Positions 1 to 8,936 of a stretch of DNA of 64,000 nucleotides are shown piece after piece (positions within the stretch are counted from its first letter, which is position 1; each line of letters begins with the position of its first letter). Both the position numbers and the translations under genes were made by a program. The DNA is taken from positions 1,120,001-1,184,000 of the forward strand of contig OY764216.1 of the NCBI GenBank assembly GCA_963668315.1, given 5' to 3'. Source of the DNA: Spirochaetia bacterium (GTDB lineage Bacteria; Spirochaetota; Spirochaetia; DSM-2461). The notes below the pieces were generated by a model, which saw only the letters and a list, made by a program, of their open reading frames with translations, was not told the DNA's origin and searched no databases.

Positions 1-1550
1 TTCAGAAACCGGATCTTCAAGGGTTTCTGCACCCGGGTGTTCAGCTTGAGAAAACCGCCGCAGAGGGAGGGAACCAGAGTGACCGCCACGAAGAGGGAGC
101 AGATGAGGGAGATGATGACCGTGATAACCAGCTCCTCAAACATCTCTCCCAGCATTTCCAGGTCGCTTTTGAAAATCAGGACCGGAATGAAAACACAGAG
201 GGTGGTCAAGGTGGAGGCGGTGATGGCGGAGAGCATCTCATGGCTTCCCAGTACGGCGGCCACCTTCGGCTTGGCTCCCCGTTCCCGGTAGCGGTGGATA
301 TTCTCCAGAATGACGATGGAGCAGTCCACGATCATTCCCACACCCAGTATGAGTCCGGACATGGTCATCATATTCAGGGTCAGGTCCATGAAATACATGC
401 ATGCCAGGGTGATCAGTATGGAAATGGGCAGGGAAAAGGCGATGACCAGCGTGCTTTTCAGGCTCCTGAGAAAGAGGAAAATAATGATAACCGCCAGTAT
501 GACACCCTGGTATGCCGCCTGGTAGACCTGGTTCATGCTGGATGCCGTGATAGAGGTCTCGTCGGCGGTGATGACCAGACTGATTCCTTCGGGGAGGGAC
601 TCGTTTATGGCCTGGAGCGCTTCGTTGACACCCCGGGCGACATGAATGCTGTTGGCGTCCGATTCGTCGGAGACACGGAGCATGACGCTGGGAGTTCCGT
701 TGACATAGACAAGGTAGCTGCTCTCCTCATACCCGAGGGAGACTTCGGCTATGTCTTCGAGGCGTACGACTTTGGAACGGTTGACCGATTCCGAGGCGGA
801 AGGGGCCGATATGGTTTTTACCACGGCGTTGCGGATCTCTTCCAGACGGGAGAATTCTTCATCCGTCCGGACAAGATAATCAAGGCTCCCCGCCGTCAGG
901 CTGCCCGAAGACATCTGGATATTCTGATTTCTCAGGGCCGAGGCGACCTGACTCATGGTCAGTCCGTAGGCTTCGAGCCGGTTGGCCGAAAGGGCCACTT
1001 TGACAATCCGGTCCTGGCCGCCGGACACCTCCGCTTCGGCCACGCCGGGGACTCGCTCGAGCATGGGTTTGGCTATCTTCTCGGCCAGCTGCTTGAGTTC
1101 CTCGATGGGGGCGTTTCCCGTAATCATCAGCTGCATGATGGGCCAGGACGTCATATCGAATTTCCTCAGCCGGGCGTCCTCCGCATCGTCGGGAAGGCGG
1201 TTCCCCAGGGTGTCGAGAACCTGCTGGACCTGATCGGCCGCTTCATCCATATCCTTGTCGAATCCGTAATTCAGCCTTATCCGGCTTCTGCCTTCATAGC
1301 TGACCGATGAGATCTCCTCCAGATCTTCCAGACTGGCCAGAGCATCCTCCAGGGGAATGGTTATGTTTTTCTCCACTTCCTCCGGTCCGGCTCCGCTGTA
1401 GTTGCAGGTGACCATAAGCGTGGGGAACTCGGTGGAAGGAAACATATCCACGGCCAGTTTGGGGACAAAGATGACCGCAATGGCGCAGATGAGAATATAG
1501 ACCATGAGAATCGCAACGGGGCGTCTGACGGAAAGTTCGGCTATGTTCAT
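1..1550 (-). CDS. RND efflux transporter permease subunit (AcrB/HAE1-like), partial: 3' end runs off the left edge
   Basis: Not in the ORF track because it is truncated. Manual translation from ATG at 1550 gives MNIAELSVRRPVAILMVYILICAIAVIFVPKLAVDMFP...YSGAGPEEVEKNIT, and the TM4 motif GMIVDCSIVILENI lies near 300-340. ATGA overlap with the upstream adaptor gene. Confidence 0.93.
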   Translation of the reverse strand, partial: MNIAELSVRRPVAILMVYILICAIAVIFVPKLAVDMFPSTEFPTLMVTCNYSGAGPEEVEKNITIPLEDALASLEDLEEISSVSYEGRSRIRLNYGFDKDMDEAADQVQQVLDTLGNRLPDDAEDARLRKFDMTSWPIMQLMITGNAPIEELKQLAEKIAKPMLERVPGVAEAEVSGGQDRIVKVALSANRLEAYGLTMSQVASALRNQNIQMSSGSLTAGSLDYLVRTDEEFSRLEEIRNAVVKTISAPSASESVNRSKVVRLEDIAEVSLGYEESSYLVYVNGTPSVMLRVSDESDANSIHVARGVNEALQAINESLPEGISLVITADETSITASSMNQVYQAAYQGVILAVIIIFLFLRSLKSTLVIAFSLPISILITLACMYFMDLTLNMMTMSGLILGVGMIVDCSIVILENIHRYRERGAKPKVAAVLGSHEMLSAITASTLTTLCVFIPVLIFKSDLEMLGEMFEELVITVIISLICSLFVAVTLVPSLCGGFLKLNTRVQKPLKIRFL

Positions 1551-2521
1551 TTTGTATCCCGGGTAATGGCGTGAACGGGAGTGCCCTCATCCAGAAGGGT
1601 CTGCCCGGCGGTGATAACCGATTCTCCGGGGGATACTCCCTCCTTGAGTTCAACCAGCTCGGAAGAACGGAGTCCTACCGTTACTTCGCGCCGTTCCGCC
1701 TTTCCCTCGGAGTTGATAACGAATACGGTATCATTTCCATAGTAGGAGAACAGGGCTTCCTCGGGAACGGCCACCACATTCCTTACCTGTTCGGTCACCA
1801 GTTTTATCGAGGCGAACATCCCCGGTTTGACGTTCTCCCTTTCATTAAGCTTAATGGTTATTTCCAGAGTTCTGGATGCCGGGTCGATAACCGTGCCCAC
1901 GTCGGAAATCTCCCCGCCGTACAGACGGTCTCCGAAGGCGGCAAAGGTGATTTCGGCGGGAAGACCCTTTTTTATGTAGGCGGCGAATTTCTCGGGGATA
2001 TAGGTGACCAGCTTAAGTCTGGTCAGATCGCCTATGGTCAGAATGGACGTTCCGGTTGTCACCTTGTCGCCCCGGTGGGCGTTATATCGCAGAACGGTGC
2101 CTCCGATCGTGGCGTATACGGTACTGCGGGAGTAATTCTGCCCGGGAAGGGACGGGTCGACCGACGCGATCGGCTGTCCCGCCGCGACTTTATCTCCCAC
2201 CGAGACGGAAATATCGGTGAGTTTTCCCGAAATATCCGGGTAGATTTCAATCTCTCCTTCGGTGAGGATATCCCCGTTGACTTTGATATAATTGGAGACC
2301 GTCTCCAGGGAGGTGACATAGGCTTCCACGGCCTGGCTCGGCGTCTTCTGTTCTCTTCCAGAACCGCCCTGCGCCGGAGCTCCGCCTGAGGAAGGCGCGG
2401 TACTGCGGTTTTCTGCGGGAGCCGCTTTGTTCGGCAGGGCGGGAATGACAAGGAATGCCAGGCTTATCACGATGGCTGCTGACACGACTATTTTGAAAAG
2501 GAAGTCCCTACTGTTATTCAT
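1547..2521 (-). CDS. RND efflux periplasmic adaptor (membrane fusion protein)
   Basis: N-terminal TM anchor, lipoyl-like halves (VSVGDKVAAGQPIA; GDKVTTGTSI), IDPASRT and KPGMFA motifs; translationally coupled to the RND permease. Confidence 0.92.
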   Translation of the reverse strand: MNNSRDFLFKIVVSAAIVISLAFLVIPALPNKAAPAENRSTAPSSGGAPAQGGSGREQKTPSQAVEAYVTSLETVSNYIKVNGDILTEGEIEIYPDISGKLTDISVSVGDKVAAGQPIASVDPSLPGQNYSRSTVYATIGGTVLRYNAHRGDKVTTGTSILTIGDLTRLKLVTYIPEKFAAYIKKGLPAEITFAAFGDRLYGGEISDVGTVIDPASRTLEITIKLNERENVKPGMFASIKLVTEQVRNVVAVPEEALFSYYGNDTVFVINSEGKAERREVTVGLRSSELVELKEGVSPGESVITAGQTLLDEGTPVHAITRDTK

Positions 2522-2613
2522 GCTGTTTCCCCCATGGTCTCTCGAAGCCCCTGGTGTTTGCTGATCGGGAATTTCCAGTAAAAAATCCCACCGGCGTTGT
2601 CAAGCGGACATGA

Positions 2614-2665
2614 GTGAACCTTACGTGAATTATATCCTAACTCAATCTTGTGAGAAAAGTGTAAA
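2614..2665 (-). promoter_or_regulatory. Two tandem direct-repeat boxes (TTCAC-N6-TTCAC and TTTAC-N6-CTCAC), OmpR/CreB-like
   Basis: Plus strand GTGAA-CCTTAC-GTGAA at 2614-2629 and GTGAG-AAAAGT-GTAAA at 2650-2665; 11-bp half-site period; on the minus strand a TAGGAT -10-like hexamer lies 10 nt after the 2650-2665 box. Confidence 0.55.
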
Positions 2666-2833
2666 GAAAAAAAATTATATTCCCTTTTGTCGGACGTCCA
2701 TCGTTTTTAGCCACAATCCCGCTTCAATCACGGCAAATGGGGCAAGAACGGGGTTAACTGCGGGTAATGAAACCTTTTCTGTAGATCCGATTCATTCGAC
2801 TCCTTATCATGGGGGCCGATGTAAGGAGGAGTC

Positions 2834-4102
2834 ATGATGAACGGAAGAAAAATGACCGCGATTATACTCATTTTCGCGGGAACCTTTGTTGCCTGGATGA
2901 TTTTGGGAACGGCGACGACGGCCCGGACGGATACTCAGTATAGTTCTCTGAAGAGCGAAGTGGCAAGCCTTTACGGCGGTGATCTCCTCTTCCGGTCCCC
3001 CCGGTTCTACAGGAAGAGGGAAGAGACCGTGAAAGTCTGGGAGAACGGCGCCGAGGTGGAAAGGGCCATGTTTGTGCCTGTGGAGAGGGAAGCCCTGGAA
3101 TCGAATGTGTCTATCGATGTGTCTCTGGACAGGAGGAAGCGGGGCAATCTCTGGTTTCCCACATTCAAGGCGCGCTTTGAAGGGGAATATCTTTTTAAAG
3201 CCGATGATCCGAAGGAGCAGTGGTATCTCTATTCCGCCCTGGAGTCTTCCGACTCTATCTATCGCGATATCTCCCTGGAGGTAAACGGCATAGCCCGGGA
3301 AGATCTGCTTCCCCTGATTCGGAAGGAGGAGTTCTCTGTCCGGCCCGATGACGATGGTTTTGTCAGACTGACCCTCTCCTATGAATCCACCGGCATGGAG
3401 AATCTTTACTACTATATCTCGGAAGGGGACCAGATCGCCCAGTTGAATAACTTCAACCTGAAAATCCGCACCGACTTTGAAGATTTCGATTTTCCCCCTT
3501 CCCTGATGTCCCCTTCGCAAAAAACGAAAGTCGACGGGGGATATGAGATGGTCTGGACCCTCGACAAGGCCATGACCGGAAAGGATTTGGGGCTTATTAT
3601 CCCCAATAGGCAGAATCCGGGAGAGATCGTGACCAGGGTTACCTTCTTCGCGCCGGTGCCGCTACTTTTCTTCTTTACCATTCTGCTGATCGTCACGACA
3701 ATTATGGGTTGTCCTTTTCATCCCATGCATTACTTCTTCCTGGCCGCCACGTTCTTCTCATTCCATCTCATGTACTCCTATTTTTCAGATCATATGAATC
3801 TCTATTTGACTTTCGCGGTGGCTTCCGCGGTCTCGTTGGCGCTTACCGTAACATATCTGCGGCTGTTTGCTCCTCCCCGGCTGGCCTATATCATTGCTCC
3901 GGGCGTGCAGCTTATCTATCTGATCTTCTTCTCATGGTCGTTTTTCTTTGAGGGGATTACCGGGATGATCCTTACCGTCTGTTCCGTCCTTACCCTTTTC
4001 GTGCTTATGCAGCTGACGGGTAGGACAGACTGGGAGAGCCTGTTCGCCAAGCTGCCTCCCGACGGAAAACCTTCCGTCCGGGAGGGTGAGGAATCAGACT
4101 AG
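2834..4102 (+). CDS. creD: Inner membrane CreD-family protein
   Basis: N-terminal TM, large soluble domain, about six C-terminal TMs with HPMHYFFL resembling CreD HPxQY; SD AAGGAGG upstream. Confidence 0.72.
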   Translation: MMNGRKMTAIILIFAGTFVAWMILGTATTARTDTQYSSLKSEVASLYGGDLLFRSPRFYRKREETVKVWENGAEVERAMFVPVEREALESNVSIDVSLDRRKRGNLWFPTFKARFEGEYLFKADDPKEQWYLYSALESSDSIYRDISLEVNGIAREDLLPLIRKEEFSVRPDDDGFVRLTLSYESTGMENLYYYISEGDQIAQLNNFNLKIRTDFEDFDFPPSLMSPSQKTKVDGGYEMVWTLDKAMTGKDLGLIIPNRQNPGEIVTRVTFFAPVPLLFFFTILLIVTTIMGCPFHPMHYFFLAATFFSFHLMYSYFSDHMNLYLTFAVASAVSLALTVTYLRLFAPPRLAYIIAPGVQLIYLIFFSWSFFFEGITGMILTVCSVLTLFVLMQLTGRTDWESLFAKLPPDGKPSVREGEESD

Positions 4103-4515
4103 AGGGTCTCGTTCACCGCCTGCTGAAGGGCGTTTTCCACGGCTGCCATGATCGCCATGCTGGTCGCGGTGGCCCCGGTCACGGCATCCACCGAGGTGGA
4201 TTGCTCCTCCACAATTTCTCCGGGAACAAGGGATATGGGCCTTTTGTAATACTGGGGCCCCACTTCGTTATGATCAACGACAGCTACGTCCACGACGGTT
4301 CCCTCTTCTACGGTGACCTCCACAATCAGTCCCTCCCTGAATCCCGTGGCTTCTCCCTGGTAAATCCCGTCCTGCAGATTATAGGCCGAGAAGTCCCAGC
4401 CTTCGGGATGGGAGTAGTTTGCCCTGTGACCTCCTCTGAAAGAGGTCATCATAATAAACGCAAAGGGCAGCAGCAGGAGCCCGAGGATCAGGCTATTCCG
4501 TTTTCTCATTTTCAT
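4099..4515 (-). CDS. Exported FMN-binding (flavinylated) domain protein
   Basis: Signal/TM anchor, DGIYQGEATGF, and the flavinylation motif VDAVTGAT. Confidence 0.85.
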   Translation of the reverse strand: MKMRKRNSLILGLLLLPFAFIMMTSFRGGHRANYSHPEGWDFSAYNLQDGIYQGEATGFREGLIVEVTVEEGTVVDVAVVDHNEVGPQYYKRPISLVPGEIVEEQSTSVDAVTGATATSMAIMAAVENALQQAVNETL

Positions 4516-5206
4516 TCTCCTTGACGGGGGAGCGTTTCTTCAGCGCCCAGCCGTATGTTAGTGTTTTATCTCTGGGACAGGATCGTATGCACTCAAAACA
4601 GTTGATGCACTGTCCGTTTCGAACTTGATTAATCCGTGAGACTTCTATACCCGCGGGACATGCTTTATCGCATTTTCTGCAGCTGATACAGGTCTCCTCT
4701 TTTCTCTTCACCGTAAAAAAACGTGCCATACTAAGGGCTCCGTACCGTGCTCCCTCGGTACAAAAGTAACGGCAGAAGGGTCTGTCGATAAAAAGTGAAA
4801 GGGTAAGGAAAGCCCCTGTCAGCAGGGCCGCAGCCGGTATGACCGCCCCTCCGAGTCCCGTTAGAAATCCCATGGACTGGGAGTAGGGCGTCCCCAGAAA
4901 ATAGATGAATCCCAGGCCTGTAAAGCTCAGAACAAAGAGGAGGTAACGGAGAAATCTCAGGTATTTCTCCCATCCCGGGGGGAGGGAAAAATGAGGGATA
5001 TGAAGTCTGCGGCCCAGTTTTCCCAGTAGTTCCTGAAGGTAACCGAACGGGCAGAGCCAGCCGCAGTGAAACGCTCCGAAAAACAGGGAGGAAACCATGA
5101 AAATTCCGATGAGGAAGAAGCTTTTATAGAGAATTCCGAGAAAGAGGAGACTCCCGAACAGGACAGGAGTTATCATGCGCATCAGGGAGTACCAGGTTTG
5201 TTTCAT
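4493..5206 (-). CDS. Membrane 4Fe-4S binding protein (NapH/MauN-like polyferredoxin)
   Basis: CGWLCPFG, RPFCRYFC, CISCRKCDKACP and CINCFECIRSCP motifs with several TMs. Start 5206 preferred because of SD AGGAG; ORF track start is 5227. Confidence 0.88.
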   Translation of the reverse strand: MKQTWYSLMRMITPVLFGSLLFLGILYKSFFLIGIFMVSSLFFGAFHCGWLCPFGYLQELLGKLGRRLHIPHFSLPPGWEKYLRFLRYLLFVLSFTGLGFIYFLGTPYSQSMGFLTGLGGAVIPAAALLTGAFLTLSLFIDRPFCRYFCTEGARYGALSMARFFTVKRKEETCISCRKCDKACPAGIEVSRINQVRNGQCINCFECIRSCPRDKTLTYGWALKKRSPVKENENEKTE

Positions 5207-5256
5207 CAATTCTTTTCTCCTTTTCATGCCGATGATGAATCGGCTTTATGAAAAGA

Positions 5257-5288
5257 AGAATAGAGGCTGATTATGAAGGAAATGTGAA
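5257..5288 (-). promoter_or_regulatory. TTCAC-N6-TTCAT box followed 10 nt later by -10 TATTCT
   Basis: Plus strand ATGAA-GGAAAT-GTGAA at 5273-5288; same geometry as the box upstream of the RND adaptor. Confidence 0.5.
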
Positions 5289-5301
5289 CGGGAGATAAAT
5301 A

Positions 5302-5967
5302 TTATTGAGCTTCGGGATTATGTCTGCCGGGAGCGGCGATAGAGAAGTAGATGATACGGAACATCTCCTCCATAATTTCTTTTCCCGAAAGGCTATATTG
5401 TTCCAGCATCCAGTTTCTTCTGACGGCCAGTTTCTGCATGGTGGACTGAATCATCGTCATATAGGTGAAGGCGGTTTTGAAGGGATCGCTGACAAGGGCC
5501 AGGGAGTTGTCCTTCTGCCCCTCCTCCAGAATTTCTCCCAGGAGAGTGGTTATGTTTTTTATAGCCCTAAGACATTCTCGGGCTTCCTTATCAGACGTAT
5601 CCTCCGGCTTGATTCTGTAGTCGAAAAGCAGGGTGAATACGAGCTGGTCGAAATCATCCTTGTAGAAGTCAAGATAGGCGTCGCTTATCTTTTTCAGCTT
5701 TGAATAGGCGTCGCCCTTTTCCTCTTTAATCGCTTGTTTTAGACGATTGAGGAGAAGAGCATAGGCATCGCTCATGACGCGGAAGGATATTTCTTCCTTG
5801 CTTTTGAAATAAAGGTAGAGAGTCCGACGGCTCAATTCCGATTCCTGTGCGATGTCGAGCATTGTCGTGCTGCTGTACCCTTTGTTAATAAACAGTACTC
5901 GTGCGGCATTCAGAATTTCCTGGATGCGCTTTTCCTTTTCCCTTATTTTTCTCTCTACTATACCCAT
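5302..5967 (-). CDS. TetR/AcrR family transcriptional regulator
   Basis: ILNAARVLFINKGYSSTTMLDIAQESELSRRTLYLYFKSKEEI helix-turn-helix. Confidence 0.95.
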   Translation of the reverse strand: MGIVERKIREKEKRIQEILNAARVLFINKGYSSTTMLDIAQESELSRRTLYLYFKSKEEISFRVMSDAYALLLNRLKQAIKEEKGDAYSKLKKISDAYLDFYKDDFDQLVFTLLFDYRIKPEDTSDKEARECLRAIKNITTLLGEILEEGQKDNSLALVSDPFKTAFTYMTMIQSTMQKLAVRRNWMLEQYSLSGKEIMEEMFRIIYFSIAAPGRHNPEAQ

Positions 5968-6002
5968 AAAGTAATTAAAACCGGGATATCATTTCATGTC
6001 AA
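5968..6002 (-). promoter_or_regulatory. Sigma70-type promoter of tetR, apparently leaderless
   Basis: TTGACA-17 nt-TTTAAT-6 nt-ATG with no SD. Confidence 0.65.
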
Positions 6003-6025
6003 GTTTCAGTTTTTTCTTTTTAGTC

Positions 6026-6073
6026 TTGACTAGATTGCACACAGTGTGTAATTTAGATGCACATAGTGTGCAA
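6026..6073 (+). promoter_or_regulatory. Promoter of the MMPL operon with two palindromic operators (probable TetR sites)
   Basis: TTGACT (6026)-17 nt-TAATTT (6049). Palindromes TTGCACACAGTGTGTAA (6035-6051) and ATGCACATAGTGTGCAA (6057-6073). Confidence 0.75.
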
Positions 6074-6110
6074 CGAATGCAAAAGGTGAAAAAATCAAAG
6101 GAGGGTTGTA

Positions 6111-8891
6111 ATGCATAAACATCCCAAAATCGTTTTATCATTAGTTATCCTGCTGACCATTTTATTCGGAGTTGTGGCTCTATCCATTGTGATAGATAAC
6201 GACCTGATGATTTTTTTCCCCGAGGACAATCCTTCCTTTGTCAGGAAAGAGGCTCTTGAGGATAATTACGGCAGTCAGCTGATGATGGATATCTGTATCA
6301 CCACGGAAGAGGATTCCCTGATTAACTGGGAAGATCTGGATATGGTCGAAGCTCTTGTGGCGGACATCGAAGATCTGGAGTACGTGGAGGATGTACAGGC
6401 AATAACCAATACGGATTATCCTGTAGGAACCGATGAAGGCATGGCCGTGTCCAAGCTTATCCCCGAAGGGGAAGAGAGGACGGCTGAAAATCTGGTGGCC
6501 TTCAAGGAGCGTCTCCTGGACTGGACCGACGCTTACAGGAGAACTCTCTACTCGGATGACTTCAAATCGACGCAGATTCTCGTCAGTATTTCCAAGGACT
6601 GTCACTCCGAGCAGATCGGAGAGCTCCTGGACAATGTGAGGGAGCTTATCAAGCCTTACGACAAGTATCCCCTGACATTCCGCATCGCCGGTGACCCGGT
6701 TGTCACGCAGATCGGTAAACAGTATATGTACTCCGACCTGTATATTCTGATACCCTTTGTCGCCGTCGTTCTTTTCCTGTGCCTTTTCCTCTCATTCAAG
6801 AGGATTTCCTCGGCCCTTCTTCCCCTGCTGACCGTGTTGATAGCAACCGTCTGGACCGTGGGAACCATGGCCATTTTCGGAAGAACATTCACGATTATTT
6901 CATCCTGTCTGCCCGTTCTCATTATTGCGGTGGGAAGCGCCTACGGGATCCATGTTATCAACCATTATTATCATGTGAAAAGCGAGAACAAGGGACGCAG
7001 TATCAAGGAGAACCTGGCTGACGGTATGAAGGGTGTTTTTCTTCCCATTCTGCTCGCCGGCGTTACCACCCTCATCGGCTTCCTTTCCATCCTGACCAGT
7101 CCGATTGTTCCCATGAAAGACTTCGGTCTCTTTGCCGGTATAGGTACGGTCTATTCTCTCCTGCTCTCTTTCTTCTTCGTTCCTGTGCTCCTTGAATGGG
7201 CCGAGAACAGACGGGCAAAGAGAAAAGGTGCAGACGATTCCGACGACGTGGATGAGGGAGGCCAGGGTGCCGCTCTTATGAGAATCACCTCCTTCTCTGT
7301 GAAGTATAAAAAAACTACCGTCTTCACTATCCTGATTCTGGCCGCCCTCTCCTTCTGGGGACTGACACAGATCAATGTGGAGAGTTCACTTATCGGATAC
7401 TTCCCCTACAATGAGCCTATCCGCCAGGACAGCCGTTTTATCGATGACCACTTCGGCGGTACCAATATGTTCAACGTGGTATTTGCCGCGGAAGAGGGAA
7501 AGGACCTGACCGATCCGGCGGCCCTGAAAGCCATGGACGATATGAAGCAGTTCCTTCTGGACCGCTATCCCGAGACGGTGGGACAGATCATCTCCTACAG
7601 CGATTTCATCAAGCGGATGAATCAGATCATGAACTATCCCGCAGCGGTAGAAAGCAGTTCGGCTGCTGACGACTTCGGCGGAGATGACGCCGTGGCGGAC
7701 GACAGCTTTTTCGGCGGGGACAGTTTCTACGAAGATGATTCGGCAGGAACGGACAGTTTCTTTGACGATTCCACCTCCGGTATGGACAGTTTCTTCGGAG
7801 ACGATAGCGCCGGTACGGACAGCTTTTTCGACGATTCCGCCTCCAGCGAGGGAACGGATAGTTTCTTCGGAGACGATATGGCCGCTGCCGAACCTGCCGC
7901 CGCCGGCGGTGATGTTACGGCTGAGTTCGTTCCCCTTTCCCGGGAAATGAACATTCAGGAACTCATCATGCTGATCAACGACAGTGTAACCGCCGGAGAC
8001 AATGCCGAGCTTTCCCTGTCCGAACTCACCGAGAAGCTGAAGGAGCTGACCAACTACAACGGAGCCGCCTACTATGAGATCCCCTGGGATCTGGAGAAAT
8101 ATCCCGTGGCGGAGAGGGACGAGCTGAAAAACCTGATCGCCCAGTATCTGCTGCTCTACTCCGGCTCTCTGGATAAGTATGCCAACGATTCTCTCAAGCC
8201 CACCGAGGCGAGAATGATGATTCAGCTTAAAACCCACGGTTCGGCCGAGACGGATATGATTATCAAAGAGATTGAGGCATTTGCCGACAGGAATCTGCCC
8301 GAGGGGTATTCCATAAGCTGCGCCGGTATTGCCGAGCTGGAGCTGGCTCTGACCAACCTTATTCTCTCTTCGCAGATGTCCAGCATTCTGTTTGCCCTGC
8401 TGGCCGTCTTCCTCATCATTGCCTTTACCTATAAATCACCCCTGGCCGGTGTTATCGGTATCGTGCCTCTGACCCTGTCCATACTGATGAACTTCGGTCT
8501 GATGAGTCTTCTGGGAATCAACCTGGATATGGTAACCGCCATCATCGCCTCCATCGCTATCGGAATCGGTGTGGACTATACGGTTCACTTCCTTTCCCGC
8601 TACAAGATAGAGAGAGCCCTGTCCGATGATCTCGTTCAGGTAACGAGAAACACGGTCCTTTCCACGGGACGGGGCATTATCATCAACGCCCTCTCCGTAG
8701 GTCTGGGGTTTGCGGTTCTCTGCTTCTCCCGGTTCCTGGTTCTCAGGTACATAGGTATTCTCGTGGCCATCATCATGGCTACGTCCAGTATGGGAGCGCT
8801 GATTATTCTGCCCCTCATCCTTAATAAACTGGATCCCCGTTTCATGAGAAGAAAAGACGGGGACGTATCGACTAGTAAGAAATCCGCCTGA
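6111..8891 (+). CDS. MMPL/RND-family lipid transporter with an acidic low-complexity insert
   Basis: Two MMPL repeats of about 6 TM each; AVGSAYGIHV and GIGVDYTVHF motifs; SD GGAGG. Confidence 0.9.
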   Translation: MHKHPKIVLSLVILLTILFGVVALSIVIDNDLMIFFPEDNPSFVRKEALEDNYGSQLMMDICITTEEDSLINWEDLDMVEALVADIEDLEYVEDVQAITNTDYPVGTDEGMAVSKLIPEGEERTAENLVAFKERLLDWTDAYRRTLYSDDFKSTQILVSISKDCHSEQIGELLDNVRELIKPYDKYPLTFRIAGDPVVTQIGKQYMYSDLYILIPFVAVVLFLCLFLSFKRISSALLPLLTVLIATVWTVGTMAIFGRTFTIISSCLPVLIIAVGSAYGIHVINHYYHVKSENKGRSIKENLADGMKGVFLPILLAGVTTLIGFLSILTSPIVPMKDFGLFAGIGTVYSLLLSFFFVPVLLEWAENRRAKRKGADDSDDVDEGGQGAALMRITSFSVKYKKTTVFTILILAALSFWGLTQINVESSLIGYFPYNEPIRQDSRFIDDHFGGTNMFNVVFAAEEGKDLTDPAALKAMDDMKQFLLDRYPETVGQIISYSDFIKRMNQIMNYPAAVESSSAADDFGGDDAVADDSFFGGDSFYEDDSAGTDSFFDDSTSGMDSFFGDDSAGTDSFFDDSASSEGTDSFFGDDMAAAEPAAAGGDVTAEFVPLSREMNIQELIMLINDSVTAGDNAELSLSELTEKLKELTNYNGAAYYEIPWDLEKYPVAERDELKNLIAQYLLLYSGSLDKYANDSLKPTEARMMIQLKTHGSAETDMIIKEIEAFADRNLPEGYSISCAGIAELELALTNLILSSQMSSILFALLAVFLIIAFTYKSPLAGVIGIVPLTLSILMNFGLMSLLGINLDMVTAIIASIAIGIGVDYTVHFLSRYKIERALSDDLVQVTRNTVLSTGRGIIINALSVGLGFAVLCFSRFLVLRYIGILVAIIMATSSMGALIILPLILNKLDPRFMRRKDGDVSTSKKSA
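7668..7880 (+). repeat. Intragenic degenerate tandem repeat encoding six DSF[FY] units
   Basis: GGACAG[CT]TT-type units start at 7718, 7751, 7784 and 7817 (33-nt period) and at 7856 (GGATAG), plus one near 7701; protein DSFFGG/DSFYED/DSFFDD/DSFFGD/DSFFDD/DSFFGD. Confidence 0.9.
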
Positions 8892-8936
8892 TAGAGCGGC
8901 ATCATGCCGGCCTGGTGCCGGCGAAGGAGTTAAATC

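Noticed and set aside
2525..2610. Possible cobalamin riboswitch (GGGAA...AAATCCC)
   Set aside because: No B12-box or consistent stems are recognisable, and the resemblance is on the strand opposite the nearest gene. An Rfam scan would settle it.
7668..7880. 33-nt periodic repeat considered as a CRISPR array
   Set aside because: It is in frame inside a CDS, the units vary at synonymous positions, there are no unique spacers of CRISPR size, and no cas genes are present.
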